Positions 24,069 to 37,080 are shown, numbered from the stretch's first letter. The stretch is 64,000 bases of DNA from Azolla caroliniana (GCA_043228905.1 JBHGNT010000005.1:23064001-23128000); one strand, 5' to 3'. Notes: generated from the sequence alone by a model not told the origin. A program made the numbers and translations.

Positions 24069-25050
24069 ATCCTAACACATACATACATACATACATACAT
24101 ACGTCTCATCTCATACACACACTGCATAGTGTCATTGTCACATTTCAACCCTGTTTTGTATTGATGGGTTATGTTACATACACTCCACTACATCTTCACA
24201 TATTGCCCACCCGGTGTTCTTATTGAAATATTCGCCTCTTTAAGACAAAACACAACACCAATTACCATTTCAATAATTGTGAAGAAAAAAAACAAGCGTA
24301 ATTAGCGAAAAACTAAGGTCAACGAAACCTTGCACGCACATATTTCCAAATAAAATCTACTATTGTTGTTAGAAACAATAATCTTCAAGGTTTTGTATAT
24401 GATTGCTATATTTCAAGAGCGACTTGAAAGATAACATCGTTTTGAAAACAAAACTACTTTTACATTCTTCTAGAGCTAATACCTAGCTAGCTACAATTGA
24501 TGTCAAAGGAATGCTTGACGACGAGACTCACTTATGTAATCAAGTGAAGTACAATACATACAATAACAAGGCTTGAAGTAGGAACTTGATGTCAAAAAAC
24601 AATTACTTTTGGTTGCCCCTTTGATGGTCCATTATTATTGTTATGATGGTCAAAGTCTAGGCACCTTGGTTTTGGATAAGATGTAAGTAAAAGCATTCAG
24701 AAATTTGTTCTGTGTTCAGCAAAATCATTGTTAATTAAAGGAGACAGACACATGTGGCAGAGTATTTGAAATGCAATTGATTCATTGCGTCAACCTTGGA
24801 GGTGGAGGCGTGGCCTTGACCACCATCCACTAGTCTCCATTACCACGTGCTATTAAGAAGAAATGGGGATATTTTACTCTGAGTAATTCAAGTGCAGTTA
24901 ATATGTTTTAAAGCAATAACAAGATTGTGATTTGGTCGTGCATTCAATTTAAATAACAAGTGATGAAATTTAGTTGTGTTCAAGATGGAAGGAATGGGTA
25001 GATTCTACTACTATCGCCAAATGAAAATGGAGCATTCTTTTCCACAAAGA

Positions 25051-25620
25051 AGTCATGAAATGATTCAAACTCTTGACCTACTATAGTTAATCGATATGTT
25101 TTAACCAATACATCGAATACATAATCATGTTACCTTACTAGATTATTGTAGATTATCTATTCTACATGTAGTGTTTTAGAAGCTTCAAGAAAGCTCCAGA
25201 AGCTAGAACATTCTAGAAGCTTGTGCATGAAAATGAGTCTTTGCATGGGGCTACATTTAGAGCCCATAAACATGTATAAATACAGGGGTTCACCTTGGCC
25301 TTAGTCAAGGTGAACAACACTAGTTACAGAATCATAATTGAGTTCTTGTTCTCTTGACTACTTTCTTTCTCTCTTTCTTATTGTCTTGTCTATGATCTCT
25401 CTCTCACTCTCTTAGTATTGAGCCTCGTCTACTTGTCTGTGACAGTTTGTTCACCTTCCATCTCCAAAGCCTCATCATGTAAAATTCTTCCGAGAACATA
25501 AATCAACTATTGGCAGCCATGCATCAACTTCAACTTGAAAATGAGAATCTTCGGGAATCTCTCCAAAAACTCCAAGCTAGGACTCCAATGGAATTGGAGA
25601 ATGAAGAACCCAAGTGCCCT
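25051..25620 (+). mobile_element. Chromovirus 5' LTR (~25051-25444), self-priming PBS (25447-25457) and gag start
   Basis: Homologous to the reverse complement of 61160-61727 (AAGGTGAACAACAC, GTGACA-GTTTGTTCACCTTCC, QLQLENE). HSE-like repeats at 25179-25218 and TATAAATA at 25275. Confidence 0.82.
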
Positions 25621-27227
25621 CCTATATCAGGTTCAGGAATCATTGAGGAGATCCACGAGCGTCTCCAAAGCACCTAGTAAATTTGCTGATTATATAATGC
25701 TATCATATGCATGTGAACCTTCATGTTACAATGAAGCCATATCTGTCCATGATCATGCTAAATGGAAACAAGCAATGCAAAATGAGTTGGACAATATCCA
25801 TAAGACTGGAACTTGGGATTTAGTGCCTTTGCCAAAAGGTAGGAAAGCACTACCATGTAAATGGATGTATAAGTACAAATACACATGTGATAGTGTTCAT
25901 CCCAAGTATAAAGCTGGCATTGAGGCAAAAGGTTTTAAACAAGAACAAGGACTCGTCGATTTGGATGAATTCTTCTCTCCAATAGTCAAGATGACTACGT
26001 TATGCGTGATGCTTGCATTGGTTGCAAAAAATGATCTTGATTTATTTCAAATGGATGTAAAAACTGCTTTTTTGCATAGAGATCTCGATGAAGAGATCTA
26101 TATATGGAGCAACCAAAAGGTTTTGAAGTTTATGGGAAAATGTTTTTGGTATGTAAACTCAAGAAAAATTTATTTGGTTTTAAGCAATCACCCTGAAAAT
26201 GGTATAAAAACTTCAATGCTTTGATGAGGTCCCAAAGTTATGCTAGGAGTAATGAAGACTCATGCTTATATACGAAGAAAGGTATAGATAAGTCATATGT
26301 GATTTTGATACTCTATGTAGATGATATGCTCATCACGGGTAAGAACAAGGATGAGTTGTCCAAACTAAAGAAAAATTTGAGTCAAACCTTCAATATGAAA
26401 ATTTTGGGAAATGCTAAACACATCCTTATAATGTGTATTACTCAGGATAGGAGTAATGGATGTATTTATTTGTCTCAATCTGAGTATGTATGCAAAATAC
26501 TCAAGAGGTTTAATATGGAGAGTGCATAACCATTGAGCACTATCTATGCATGTTAAATTGAGCAAAGATGAATGCCCCAAATCTGACAATGAGGAGTTCA
26601 TGAGTAAAATTCCTTACCAATCTGTTGTTGGTAGTCTTATGTACGCTATGATAACGACTAGGCCAGACATTGCATTTGGAGTGGGAGCTGTGAGCATATT
26701 TTTGTCAAACCCTGGTAAGAAACATTGGGAGGCAGTTAAAATGATATTAAGATATCTAAGTGACACCAAGAATAAGTGTCTATGTTTAGGTGGTGGAAAT
26801 GTATTCATTATTGGATATATAAACTCTGATTATGGTGGCTATTCTGACAACACAAAATCCACTTCGGGAGTACATTTTTCAGTTTATGGGAGGTGCCATA
26901 TCTTGGGGATCTCGTCTCCAAGAGTGTATTCCTTTGTCCACTACAAAAGCAGAGTATGTTGCAGCTAATGAAGCATGTAAGGAAGTTGTATGGTTGTCTA
27001 GGTTAGCTTGTGACATGGGCATACCTCAACTTGTACCCATATTGTTTTGTGATAGTCAAAGTGTCATTGCATTGGCAAAAAACCTAGTATACCATGCAAA
27101 GACCAAGCACATTGGACTGCGATATCACTTCATGCAAGAATGCATAGTTGCTCACTACATTAGTCTTGAGAAAGTTGTCTCTCAAGAAAATGCCGAAGAT
27201 GCAAAGTTGTACCGTGTGATGCATTAG
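25621..27227 (+). mobile_element. Degenerate Copia RT-RNaseH fragment
   Basis: QMDVKTAFL, LYVDDML, TRPDIA, AKTKHI with stops and frameshifts. A possible 3' LTR begins near 27379. Confidence 0.88.
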
Positions 27228-28013
27228 AGCATCGTTGTCACTTGATGAGAATTACTTACCTCTTCAGGTTACACGGTTTTTGTATATTGTGTAACATATT
27301 CATCAAGTAGGATGTGTAGGTCTTGTGCAATCTTCCCATCAGCTTTGTTGATCCCTTGTTTGGTCTATAGTGAGAGATTGATAGATAGTGAGAAAGGCCA
27401 AAAAGGTAATTCTCACTATTTATGAATTGGTATATAATCTAATAAAATGATGGTTTCGGTGTGCCCGCCAAATATCATTTTGTGTGTGCCTTTCTCTGTG
27501 TGTTGTTCATCGTTTTTTTGTCTCTGTAGAAAAACAACAAGTTGTCCATAGCTCCTTGCTTCGACATCAGTGGTTGCACTTGCCATAGTATCTAAATATT
27601 AGATAAAAAAGATTGGGGCAAAGTAAAATGAGCACTAGAACCGAGAGGGAGGTTTAAACTTGAATGTACCAACTTAATGCAAAATTATTAAACATGGCTC
27701 CCTACACGTATTTAAGGAGTAATCTTACATAACATGTAAATTACTAACACATCCCACACACATAACCCACATGTTGCATATTTCATGAAAGGACAATTTC
27801 ATGGCCCAAAGGCCTAATCCTCTCCAAGAAATGTCTTTCAATTTATCTTTGTACATGGGCGAAACTAGCCCCTAATGTCTTTATCTTTTAAAGACAACAT
27901 AAAAAACCCAGGCATCAAACAACGCTCTGTTATCTCTTATCCGGAAACCCATTATGACCATATGTTCATGCAGGCTTTAACTCAAATGGCCATACGATCT
28001 ATGCTTCTTGAAC

Positions 28014-30080
28014 TCAATGACCATATGATGCATCTAGGCTTCTTGAGTAACTTGTATCTGATAAAAAAGGGTGTGAAGAAAATTGAGATTGAGACATGGT
28101 GATCTCACTTTCTTGGGACCGATATGGTGTCATTGGGTATGCCGGCATAGTGGTCGGCAGGTCCAACAATATCTTGTCTTTGAGTACTTGGATTACTTGC
28201 CTCATTGTCGGCCGGGCATCAGGATTCGGATGGCAGCATGTGAGAGCAAGATGAAGCACGCATATCCATTCATCGGTTAGGGTAATGCTCGGATCGAGGG
28301 CATCTTCGAGCGTTTCACTCTTGTGGAGTAGCCACACCCAGTCAATGATTCTACCCTCTTGTGGTGGTAGAGAGTCTATGGGCCGACGGCCGCACGCAAC
28401 CACTAGGGCAAGCACCCCGAAGCTATACACGTCCGCCTTGTCCGTGCCTCTTCCCGTGTATACGAGCTCCGGGGCCACGTACCCGGGGGTGCCCACGGCA
28501 GTTAGAGTCACCTCTTGGTTGTGAGAGATGAGCCTCGCGAGGCCGAAATCGCACAATAGCGGCTCCAAATTGTCCGTCAACAGCACATTCTCGGCTTTCA
28601 CATCCCTATGCAAGATGCAACTCCCCAATCCTGTATGCAGATACTCTAATCCGGCCGCGATCCCTGCCAGTATCCTCAGTCTTACATCGCCTTCGAGTAC
28701 TACTAATCCTTCCGTCTTCCCATAAATGTATTGATCCAAGCTTCCCTTGCTCATGTACCTGTAGAGTAGCAATGCTTCCCCTTTCTCATAACACCATCCT
28801 TCCAGTGACAGCAAATTGCGGTGCCGGAGCATGCTGATGATCTCGATCTCGGATATGAAATCTTGCTCCTTCTTCACTCCATCCTTGAGCTTCTTGAGGG
28901 CGAACAAGGAGCCATCCGGAAGCTTCGCCAGGTAAACAATGCTGTATCCACCCTCACCGATCTTATTGGCCTCCGAGAATCCGCCGGCAGCCCTCTTCAA
29001 CTCTCGGTGGCCGTACCGTTTGGGCAGGCCTCTGCTGCCAGAGAGCAGTGACAATCTGGTTGAGGTGAATTGCAGCTGGCGTGACGAGAGCTTTGATTGC
29101 CGGCTGTGGTGGATCCAGTACGCGGCGAATCCAGCACTGAGAATTAGAAACAATACTATGGCAGAGGGTAAACCAATGACAAATGCCAAAGAGGGAGGAG
29201 CAGACTTAGGGTCTGTCATGCTGAAATTCCAAGCATACATGCCGCAACCCTCCAGATTGCCGAGGCCGAAGCGGTTCGTGGACGAGAATCCGGCATAAAC
29301 AGATTGATTAAACAGGGTGGAGATGTCATAGGTGTATTGAAGGATGGGATGGAGGGGGCGAGCAGGCAGCGGATCAGAGATGTTAGTCATCCATACCTGG
29401 ATGAGGCGGGTGGCCGATTCGTACTCGATCCACGCCGTGAATGTGTAGTTGTTGTAGAGGTAAAGAGGGGAGGAGGTGTCATTGGTGTCGGTGACATTGG
29501 AAGAGATGATGGAATTGATGTCGATGCCGACATGGCTTTGGCTGGGATCTTTGTAGAGGAGGCTTTGGGAGGTATCAAATTCGACCGCGAAGAAAGGGAA
29601 TGGAGGGGGCAGAAGGGTCTGATTGGTGATGGTGGTTTCTTGGTAAGTGACAAGGCCAATGGCACCCGACTGGCTGTCGTTGGGGGCAATGGAGGAGGTG
29701 GAGATGAAGAAGGCCATACCGCTGCCCGATTTCGAGGCATTCATGATTAGTTGGAAGGTGAAAGAAGTGGTGAAAGACGCGGTGGGCGAGAGGATGAAAG
29801 GGTTCCTGTAGACCATGCGGCCGAGGTTCCCGATGCTACCATTGACACGCGGGTCGGCGGTGGTGGGATTAGGGGTTAGCCAGATAGCTGAGCCAGTGAA
29901 GGAGACTTCTTGACCTTGGTACCATTCTGCCTCCTTGACAAGCACAATATCTGCTATGGTGCTGCTGTCAAAGACAGCATGCTCAAATGACAGCTCCTCT
30001 GCTTCTGCCCTAATCAGGAGGAGGTTGAGTAGGATGAGAAATAGCAGGACAAGATGACTCTGCTTCATCTTCATCATCAT
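28014..30080 (-). CDS. L-type (legume) lectin receptor-like kinase, intronless, apparently intact
   Basis: Signal peptide; lectin motifs SFTTSFTF, GMAFFI, FFAVEFDT, HVGIDINS, AWIEY, YAGFS; transmembrane helix; kinase motifs GEGGY, ALKKL, HRDVK, DFG, GTPGYVAPE. Confidence 0.95.
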   Translation of the reverse strand: MMMKMKQSHLVLLFLILLNLLLIRAEAEELSFEHAVFDSSTIADIVLVKEAEWYQGQEVSFTGSAIWLTPNPTTADPRVNGSIGNLGRMVYRNPFILSPTASFTTSFTFQLIMNASKSGSGMAFFISTSSIAPNDSQSGAIGLVTYQETTITNQTLLPPPFPFFAVEFDTSQSLLYKDPSQSHVGIDINSIISSNVTDTNDTSSPLYLYNNYTFTAWIEYESATRLIQVWMTNISDPLPARPLHPILQYTYDISTLFNQSVYAGFSSTNRFGLGNLEGCGMYAWNFSMTDPKSAPPSLAFVIGLPSAIVLFLILSAGFAAYWIHHSRQSKLSSRQLQFTSTRLSLLSGSRGLPKRYGHRELKRAAGGFSEANKIGEGGYSIVYLAKLPDGSLFALKKLKDGVKKEQDFISEIEIISMLRHRNLLSLEGWCYEKGEALLLYRYMSKGSLDQYIYGKTEGLVVLEGDVRLRILAGIAAGLEYLHTGLGSCILHRDVKAENVLLTDNLEPLLCDFGLARLISHNQEVTLTAVGTPGYVAPELVYTGRGTDKADVYSFGVLALVVACGRRPIDSLPPQEGRIIDWVWLLHKSETLEDALDPSITLTDEWICVLHLALTCCHPNPDARPTMRQVIQVLKDKILLDLPTTMPAYPMTPYRSQESEITMSQSQFSSHPFLSDTSYSRSLDASYGH

Positions 30081-31109
30081 TTTCTACTTCTTCTTCTTCT
30101 CCTCCTCCTCCTCCTTCAATGATATCATCTGATCAGATGGATGATTGTAAGGTCTAACTCCCTTCATGTAATATCCATATGCATAAACATCATACATGTA
30201 TATATGTATTGTAAGGTCTAATTCCTTCATCATATCAGGTGGATGATTGTACGGTCTAATTCTTTTATATTTATGCATATGCATATATACATATGTATAC
30301 ATATATATATGTATGTATGTATGTATGTACATATTGCAATCCACTATGCATGCATTCATTCCATTGGAAGACTCCATTCTTTACTCATTCCATGACCATA
30401 TTTATTCTTTCTCTAGAAGGATTCCATATTCCATTGCCCCATTCTTTTATTCAACCTTTACTAACTAACTCTATAAAAAAAATTCTTTTCTTTTATGCAA
30501 CCCTTCACTAACTATATAGACAAATATTATTCCATTGACCCATTCTTTTATTCAACCCTTCACTAACTATATAAAACTTTTATTCGATTTTATTTTCTTT
30601 AGATAATACATTTTAAAATTTGATGGATTCGCAAAGCCCCCCCATATGCCCTCATCGTGCACTTAGATTGACATTAGCAATATAGACATGGTCTCCGTCC
30701 GTCACTCTTTTTCTTCTGCAACTCACGGTCTCAGTGTTTCTCTGCAGGTAGTAATATTCATCAATAACCTAACTACTATATATATACATAAGAATATTAA
30801 AAAAGCGTTCGTTTTGCAAAATAAATTTATACAATAAAAATTAATTCATTCACTAAAAAAAAGAACAATCATTCGTTAATGGATTATAAAAATATGATTA
30901 GTGTCAAGTCTCTTGTTTAGTGTCAAATAAAAATATCCATAAAATTTGGGAGACTAAAGAGGGGGAGTTTATGAACCTTTATTTTATTTTATTTTATTTT
31001 TAAAAAAAATATTTTTATATCTAATTATAGATATATGTATGATTAGTGTCAAGTCCCCTTTTTAATGTCACATAAAAATATCCACAAAAATTATGTGAGT
31101 AGAAAAAGG

Positions 31110-32171
31110 AGAATGTGGAAGGTGTTTCTTAGGGACATAGCTTACCTTTGGTGCCCAAGGAATGACAGCCCTTGGAAGGCAAAGAAGGCAAAGATGTAGT
31201 GGTTGTTCAGTCCAAGTTTAAAGTTGAAAGAACTGGCTAACATGGAGGATAAGGTGGCCCGTGCCATAGTGAAGGCACGGTCAGGTTTAAGAGAAGGGTT
31301 GGTCTTAATGCAATCGAAAACGTTGGAGGAACGGCTACGACAACTGCTATTTTGGAACCCCAAGATTAGAAGCGAAGGCGGTATGATGCTTGGAGAGAAA
31401 AAATACTTGTCATGGGGGCGTATGTTAGAGTACAATGTTAGTTCAGTAAGAGATTGGGATGTTTTCATAATGAAGAGGAGGGAGGGTCAAACTGGTATCA
31501 TTATGTTTATCGGAAGGCTAGAAAAGGTGGCCTAGCTAATAGATAAGGTTGTTGATTGTTTAGATAGGTTGAACAAGGAAGAAGGGGTCTAGTCTGGTTG
31601 GTTTGTAGGTGAGGGTGATGCACAAATTATCCGTGGCAGATGCACAACTAATGAGGATCGCTTGTGGGGCAACCTAAGTGCTTTGACTCACAATCGCAAG
31701 TGGTTGGCAAAGCGGGTGGTGTGTTGGAGGGTAAGAAGTGGCAAGTGAACCCGGACCAAGGGAAGCTGGATAATGATTATAAACTATGTCTTTTTTACAA
31801 CAAGCCCCTATGTGATTTGGAGTGGGATCCACTAGAGGTATGGTGGTAGAAATTAGGAACAAACAAACTAGAAAGGTTTTTTAGTATAGTACTAAGTTGG
31901 GAAGGCAAATCATTGGCTCCAAATCAGTGCATGTTGCTCAGACTCGCAATAGTTAGAGGGATAAAGCCATATCAGATGACTTCTTGAAGTCGTTTTGGAG
32001 GAGACTATGAGCATTGGATATGCCAAAAAAATAAAGGTTTGGTTGTGGCTTCTTAGCCATAAGGCGGTACCTATAGGGGAGTGGATGAGGTGTCGTGGTG
32101 GGGAGGTTGGTTGCTAGTTATGTGGACACACTTTGCAATCGATCCCTCACTATTTTTGGAATTGTCCAGAG
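31110..32171 (+). mobile_element. Degenerate LINE (L1-like) ORF2 C-terminal remnant
   Basis: KIKVWLWLLSHKAVPIGEWM..C*LCGHTLQSIPHYFWNCPE resembles the zf-RVT motif; many stops; cut by the Copia LTR at 32172. Confidence 0.7.
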
Positions 32172-33344
32172 TGTTGGAGTCTGAGACCGTCAGTGTGGAA
32201 ACAAGAACAACATCCATGCTTAGAAGGTCACCAAGTTAGCATGGTAAAGCAAGATCAAGAAGACGGAGTGAGAGTGGGAAAAAGAAAGACGAAAATGGCA
32301 CACAATCTGTAACTATATTATTTGAACTCAAAGTTACAATAGAATGGAGTCAACAACTCTATGAGCTAGGTTACAAAGCCAATTATATACTAATTGAGCT
32401 GAGGTAACTGCCCTTTGACGTATTTACTTAAATATCCTAAACCTATTCCGTCCAAAGGTTAGTGTGAATACGGCCATTATACACCCGTATTCGACACTCT
32501 CTCATAATGGGCATATACACTATGGAGAAACCTGTAATATGAAATAGGATGTATAGGTTATACGAAAAGATGCTTGAGTAGATCGGCCTGTGGCCGAATC
32601 AATAGAAACCAAGAGGAAACAAAGGACGAGTCGGCTAGTTAGAGTGCAGATGCCGGTGCGGTTGTAAAGCGAGTGCTCGAAGATATCTCTGTTGTCTGAC
32701 TTGATCATACTAGAGTGCAGATGTCAATGCGGTTGTCAAGCGAGTGCTTGAAGCTATCTCTATTGTCTGACTCGATCGTATTGAATGCTCCTTAAGCCCA
32801 TCTAGTGCCAAAGTGACTGAAATCGATCAGTTGCGAGACACTTGGTCATCCCGTCTGATATGTTGTCAGTCGTGGAGATCTTCTCGAGGCTGAGCTTCCC
32901 TGAAGTTACATAGTCTCGAACAAAGTGATCTATAGGACGTCGATATGCTTGGAAGCATTGTGATGAACTAGATTCTTTGACAAAGCGACAGCACCCTGAC
33001 TGTCACTGTAGACAACTGGAGCCGAATTGGGATTGGCTTGTCCAAACATACACACCAGCCAACCAAGCCATTGAGCCTCTTTTGTTGCATTAGACACAAC
33101 TACGTATTCGGCCTCGGTTGTCAAAACAAAGCAAGAGATTGAACGATTGAAGGAAGATATAAGAAAATAGAAGAAGAGGAGAGAATGGATTGATAAGAGA
33201 AGAGTGGGTTTATTAGAATAGAATGAGTACAAGGATGAGTTGGATACAAGGTAGGCTTGGAGCTGAAGACTGGTGTTGATTCGAATTGATTTGATATGAT
33301 CTATTTGTCTCTATTTATAGGTTTCTATAGAATAGCTTAGAGAT

Positions 33345-33414
33345 TCCTAGAATGTTCTAGAGCTAGAATATTCTAGGATGTTCCAAAAGATTTCTAGAAT
33401 GTTCTAGAAAGTTC
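33345..33414. promoter_or_regulatory. Heat shock element array, with a perfect 5-unit HSE at 33392-33414
   Basis: TTCtaGAAtgTTCtaGAAagTTC plus additional GAAnnTTC units. Confidence 0.75.
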
Positions 33415-33475
33415 CAAAAGTTTCTCTAAGACAATAATCACTATGAAAAGTAGCCTTCATCATTTCACATCCTGA

Positions 33476-33545
33476 TAGGTTACATTAATGGTTAGGCTTC
33501 GAATTTCATAATCTAAAGTCCTAGGTTCAAGTCCAGGTGAAGCAT
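33476..33545 (+). ncRNA. tRNA-like cassette in the solo LTR U3; anticodon-loop-like ttCATaa
   Basis: ..TTAATGGTTAGG..TTCATAATCTAAAGTCCTAGGTTCAAGTCCAGG: B box GGTTCAAGTCC with a T-stem-like pairing; the A box is degenerate. Confidence 0.55.
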
Positions 33546-34336
33546 AATGTTCACGGATTCATGACATCGATCGTTGAAGTGGTCGTGCACTCCTGAAGTT
33601 TTTATTTCCACGAAATTGCTCCATTGCCGAATTTGAAGCAGTACCTTGTTATTGACTTTCGATTGTACACAACCAGCAAAGTCTAAGTCGGTGTAACCGA
33701 TTACACTTGGGTTCTTGTTCGGACTGAAGAGGATGCGAAGATCTTGTATGCCTACCAAGTATCTGAATACATGCTTGACTGCATTCTGATACAATCGGCC
33801 TAGGTTGTGCATGAATCTACTGACGACTCCTACGGCATGAGCAATGTCAAGCCGTGTCGCGTACATCAGGGAGCCGACTGTTGGTGCATATGGTACCGAC
33901 TTCATATCTTCCCCCTCCGCACTAGATGTAGGGTAGGGAGCGGGGTTGAAGCTTATTTGGTCGACTGCATGTTGAACCGCTGCAAGATACATTTGATGTA
34001 GTCGGCTTGAGACAAAAACAATTGTCTCTGTTTCCAAAGTCGACTAATCTTCATTCCGAGAATGTGTCGAGCAGGACCTAGGTCCTTCATTACGAACTTC
34101 AACCACACATGCCTAACAAGATCGGTAAGCTCTCCGACATGACAGCCGGAGAGTAGCATGTCATCCACGTATAAGATGAGGAAGATGGGAGACCCATCTA
34201 GAGTTGTTTTTGTGAAGAGACAGTGGTCCTCATCGTTCTTTGAGAAGCCGACCAATTGGATAAAATCGTTGAACTTCTTATAGCGTTGTTGGGCTACCTA
34301 CTTTAGGCCATAAAGACTCTTCTTGAGTCGACAAAC

Positions 34337-34895
34337 TGTTGAGATCGAAACCGGCCACATCTATTTACTCGTTCGTATTTTCGGGTGCAAAGAATTGAGT
34401 AATATAGTGCACAGATAGAAAACAGGAAAAACAAAAAAAACTCAAAGAGACACAAGATATTTAACATGGAAAACCCAAATGGGAAAAACCACATGTAGTC
34501 CACAAACTCTGAACCGAATCACTATAAGGAGAGGAGTACAACAAGAGGATTCAAGGCAACGACCTTGACCTCTTCTTCGTCGACTGACGGCTATAGAGTT
34601 ACACACACACACTCTCTCTCTCTCTCCAACTATACAACTCCCTTCTCCAACTATACAACAATAATCATAAACTACACTTACATAAAGTTTGTCCTAGTTG
34701 TATTTATACTTATACAACTTTTCTGGCTATTTGCAGATATAACCCACATGGGGCACATTTAGGCTATTTACAAATAGTCTCCCGAATTGGTTATATAATC
34801 GATTTCTGATTTTTGGTCTCGGTTGAATTTCCTGTCAACTCTCTATTCGATTTGGCTTGTACTCTTCCCATCCGGAGGGACCTATTTTCCCAACA
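34337..34895 (-). mobile_element. Copia solo LTR related to the 47933/58915 family
   Basis: TGTT..AACA, perfect TSD CAAAC; shares GAAAACCC.AATGGGAAAAACCAC and CCCATCCGGAGGGACC..CCCAACA with that family. Confidence 0.9.
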
Positions 34896-37020
34896 CAAAC
34901 TAGATGCTCTTGGTCAGCTGCAATTAAGCATTTCAGTTGCTCCATGTAAATTTACTCCTCTAGGTCGGCATGGAGGAAGGTCATCTTTACATCTAACTGA
35001 ATAAGCTCCAAGTCCTCGACTGCCACTACACCGAAGAGGAATCGAAGGGTGGTCATTTCCATCATTGGTGAAAAAATCTCATCGAAGTCGATGTCGTTTT
35101 ATTGTCAAAAACCGTTTGAGACTAATTTGGCCTTATACTTGGGATATGCAAAATCCGACATCTCTTTGAGTCAATAGATCCATTTGCACGGAAGAGCATG
35201 TCGGTCTTTCGGTAGTTCGACTAAGTCTCATGTATTATTGGGTCGGATGGAGTTAATCTCTGACTCCATCGCCAAATGCCAGGTGGTCGATTCAGCGCAC
35301 ATTGATGCTTCTTCATATGACGTCGGTTCACCAACATCCGTGAAGATGATTCCGGGAGAGTATCTCTTTGGTGGTTGAGACAGTCGTTCAGATCGTCGTG
35401 GGACGAATGGGCTCACCGGATCATCACCGATGATCATCTCTTCAATAACCGATCCACTCTATAGATCGCTACGTATGCTGCTCTCTCAACTTGTCCCGTG
35501 GAGGTGGTGTGTCATGTTGCCGCTCAAGTATGTAGTGATGGGCCGTTAGGATGAGTCAAGGCATCCGAAAAAGGGACTCTTCTGACTTCAATTGGCCTTT
35601 CCGTCGGTTTGTGCATCTCCGACTCGTTGAAAACGACATCTGAACTTCAGACAATTTGTCTGTTTACTGGCTCCTAGAGTCGGTAGCCGAATTCACCCTC
35701 TGATCCATAGCCAAGGAAAATACATTTCTGGAATCATGGCTCAAGCTTTCAGCGATCATCGTTGGGCGCAAGTGCGAATGCTTCACAGCCAAAATTACGT
35801 AGCTTCTCGTATTTCGGCCTTTGGCCGGTCTAAAGCTCCTACGGGATTTGAAGTCCTAGAGGCCTACTCGGCAACATGTTGATTATGTGCACTGCAATGA
35901 GTAGTGCCTCAGCCCAAAAGAATTTTGATAGTCCGGCGTGTTGCATCATGGCGACAATTCGTTCCTGAATTGTCTGCCTAGACCAGAGGACTTTTGATAG
36001 TCCAACGTGTTGCATCATGGTGACAATTCGTTCCTGAATTGTCTGATTCATGCGTTCTGCAACGTCATTTTGTTCCGGACTATATGGAGTTGTTAACTCT
36101 CTTTTGATGTTGTGTTGTTGGCAATATCTAACGAATTCATCCGATTGGAATTCTCCACCATTATCCGATCTTATGCATTTCAAATTTCAAACTGATTGGT
36201 TTTCAACCATTGCAAGCCACTCTTGGAATATCGTGAACACTCGATCTTTGGTTCTTATCGGATATGCCCACACTTTTCTTGTCGAGTTTTCAATAAATGC
36301 GATGAAGTAGGAGGAGCCGTTAAGAGAGTAATGTGGCATTGGGCCATAGAGTCCGTCCAAATGGAACAAGTCGAGGGGACTCGACTCTCTCGGCTCTCTA
36401 GTCGGGTGTGAAGCACCAGTTTGTTTGCCTTATTGGCAGTGCTCATAGAACTGGTGGTCGGAGAATGAGAGCTTGGGGATGTATCCAACTCTAGATAAGT
36501 GTGTTTTGCCCACCTTGCCGAGGTCTCCGAATCGTCCATGCCATAGCGACGACACAGGAATATCAACCAAGAATAAATCAACCTCTCTAAGAGTGACATA
36601 TAGTGGGTACAGTAAGTGTACCTTTGTTCTTCTAGCAAGTAGAAGATTCCCCTTATGGAGTGTCCACCCTCCTGATGATAAGCCAGCACGGATGTTGTCT
36701 TCGTCCAATTGTTCGACTGAGATCAAAGGTCTTGAGAGCTCAGGTACATGTCAAACATTGTGTAGTACTCGTGTAGAGCCACTTGGAAGGTTGAGCTCTA
36801 CAGTGTCAATTCCAATTATATGTCATGGACATGACAACAATGTCATGAAGGATGTGCTTCACGATATAAAAATGAACTTAAATATTGTATTCAGTAATGT
36901 TTTAAAGACTTGAACCAATACACACCAAGTACGAAGTACCTACCACTAGGTTAAGTTAATTGTTTTAAAGGTGTCGTAAAGGATATAAAAATAAGCTTAA
37001 ATATTGTATTGAGTAACATT

Positions 37021-37080
37021 TGAGAGATTTGAACCCATAACCTTACATACCAAGCAAAGGACATACCACTAGGCTAAGTT
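37021..37080 (-). ncRNA. tRNA-like cassette (Pro-like D arm) in LTR U3; degenerate duplicate at ~36905-36957
   Basis: Minus strand reads TTAGCCTAGTGGTATGTCCTTTGCTTGGTATGTAAGGTTATGGGTTCAAATCTC: A box TAGCCTAGTGG, B box GGTTCAAATC. Confidence 0.65.

Larger units (their letters stand above)
33119..33566 (-). mobile_element. Solo LTR of chromovirus type
   Basis: TGTCA..TGACA, TSD TCGGT/TCGAT; interrupts Copia RNaseH at the ..STT/EAEY motif. Has the same tRNA-like, HSE, TATA layout as the other chromovirus LTRs. Confidence 0.85.
32172..36820 (-). mobile_element. Degenerate Copia element (3' LTR ~32172-32496; RNaseH, RT, integrase, protease end), interrupted by two solo LTRs and cut by the Gypsy at 36821
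   Basis: ASKHIDV, LYVDDML, IRSDNGGEF, SLWHGRFG on the minus strand; a tandem repeat of about 70 bp in the 3' UTR at 32641-32782. Confidence 0.87.

Noticed and set aside
24070-25050. Possible gene or exons in the AT-rich interval
   Set aside because: No convincing ORF or recognisable motif.
30400-31100. Short local duplications upstream of the kinase gene as a MITE or Helitron
   Set aside because: No TIR, TSD or Helitron termini were found.
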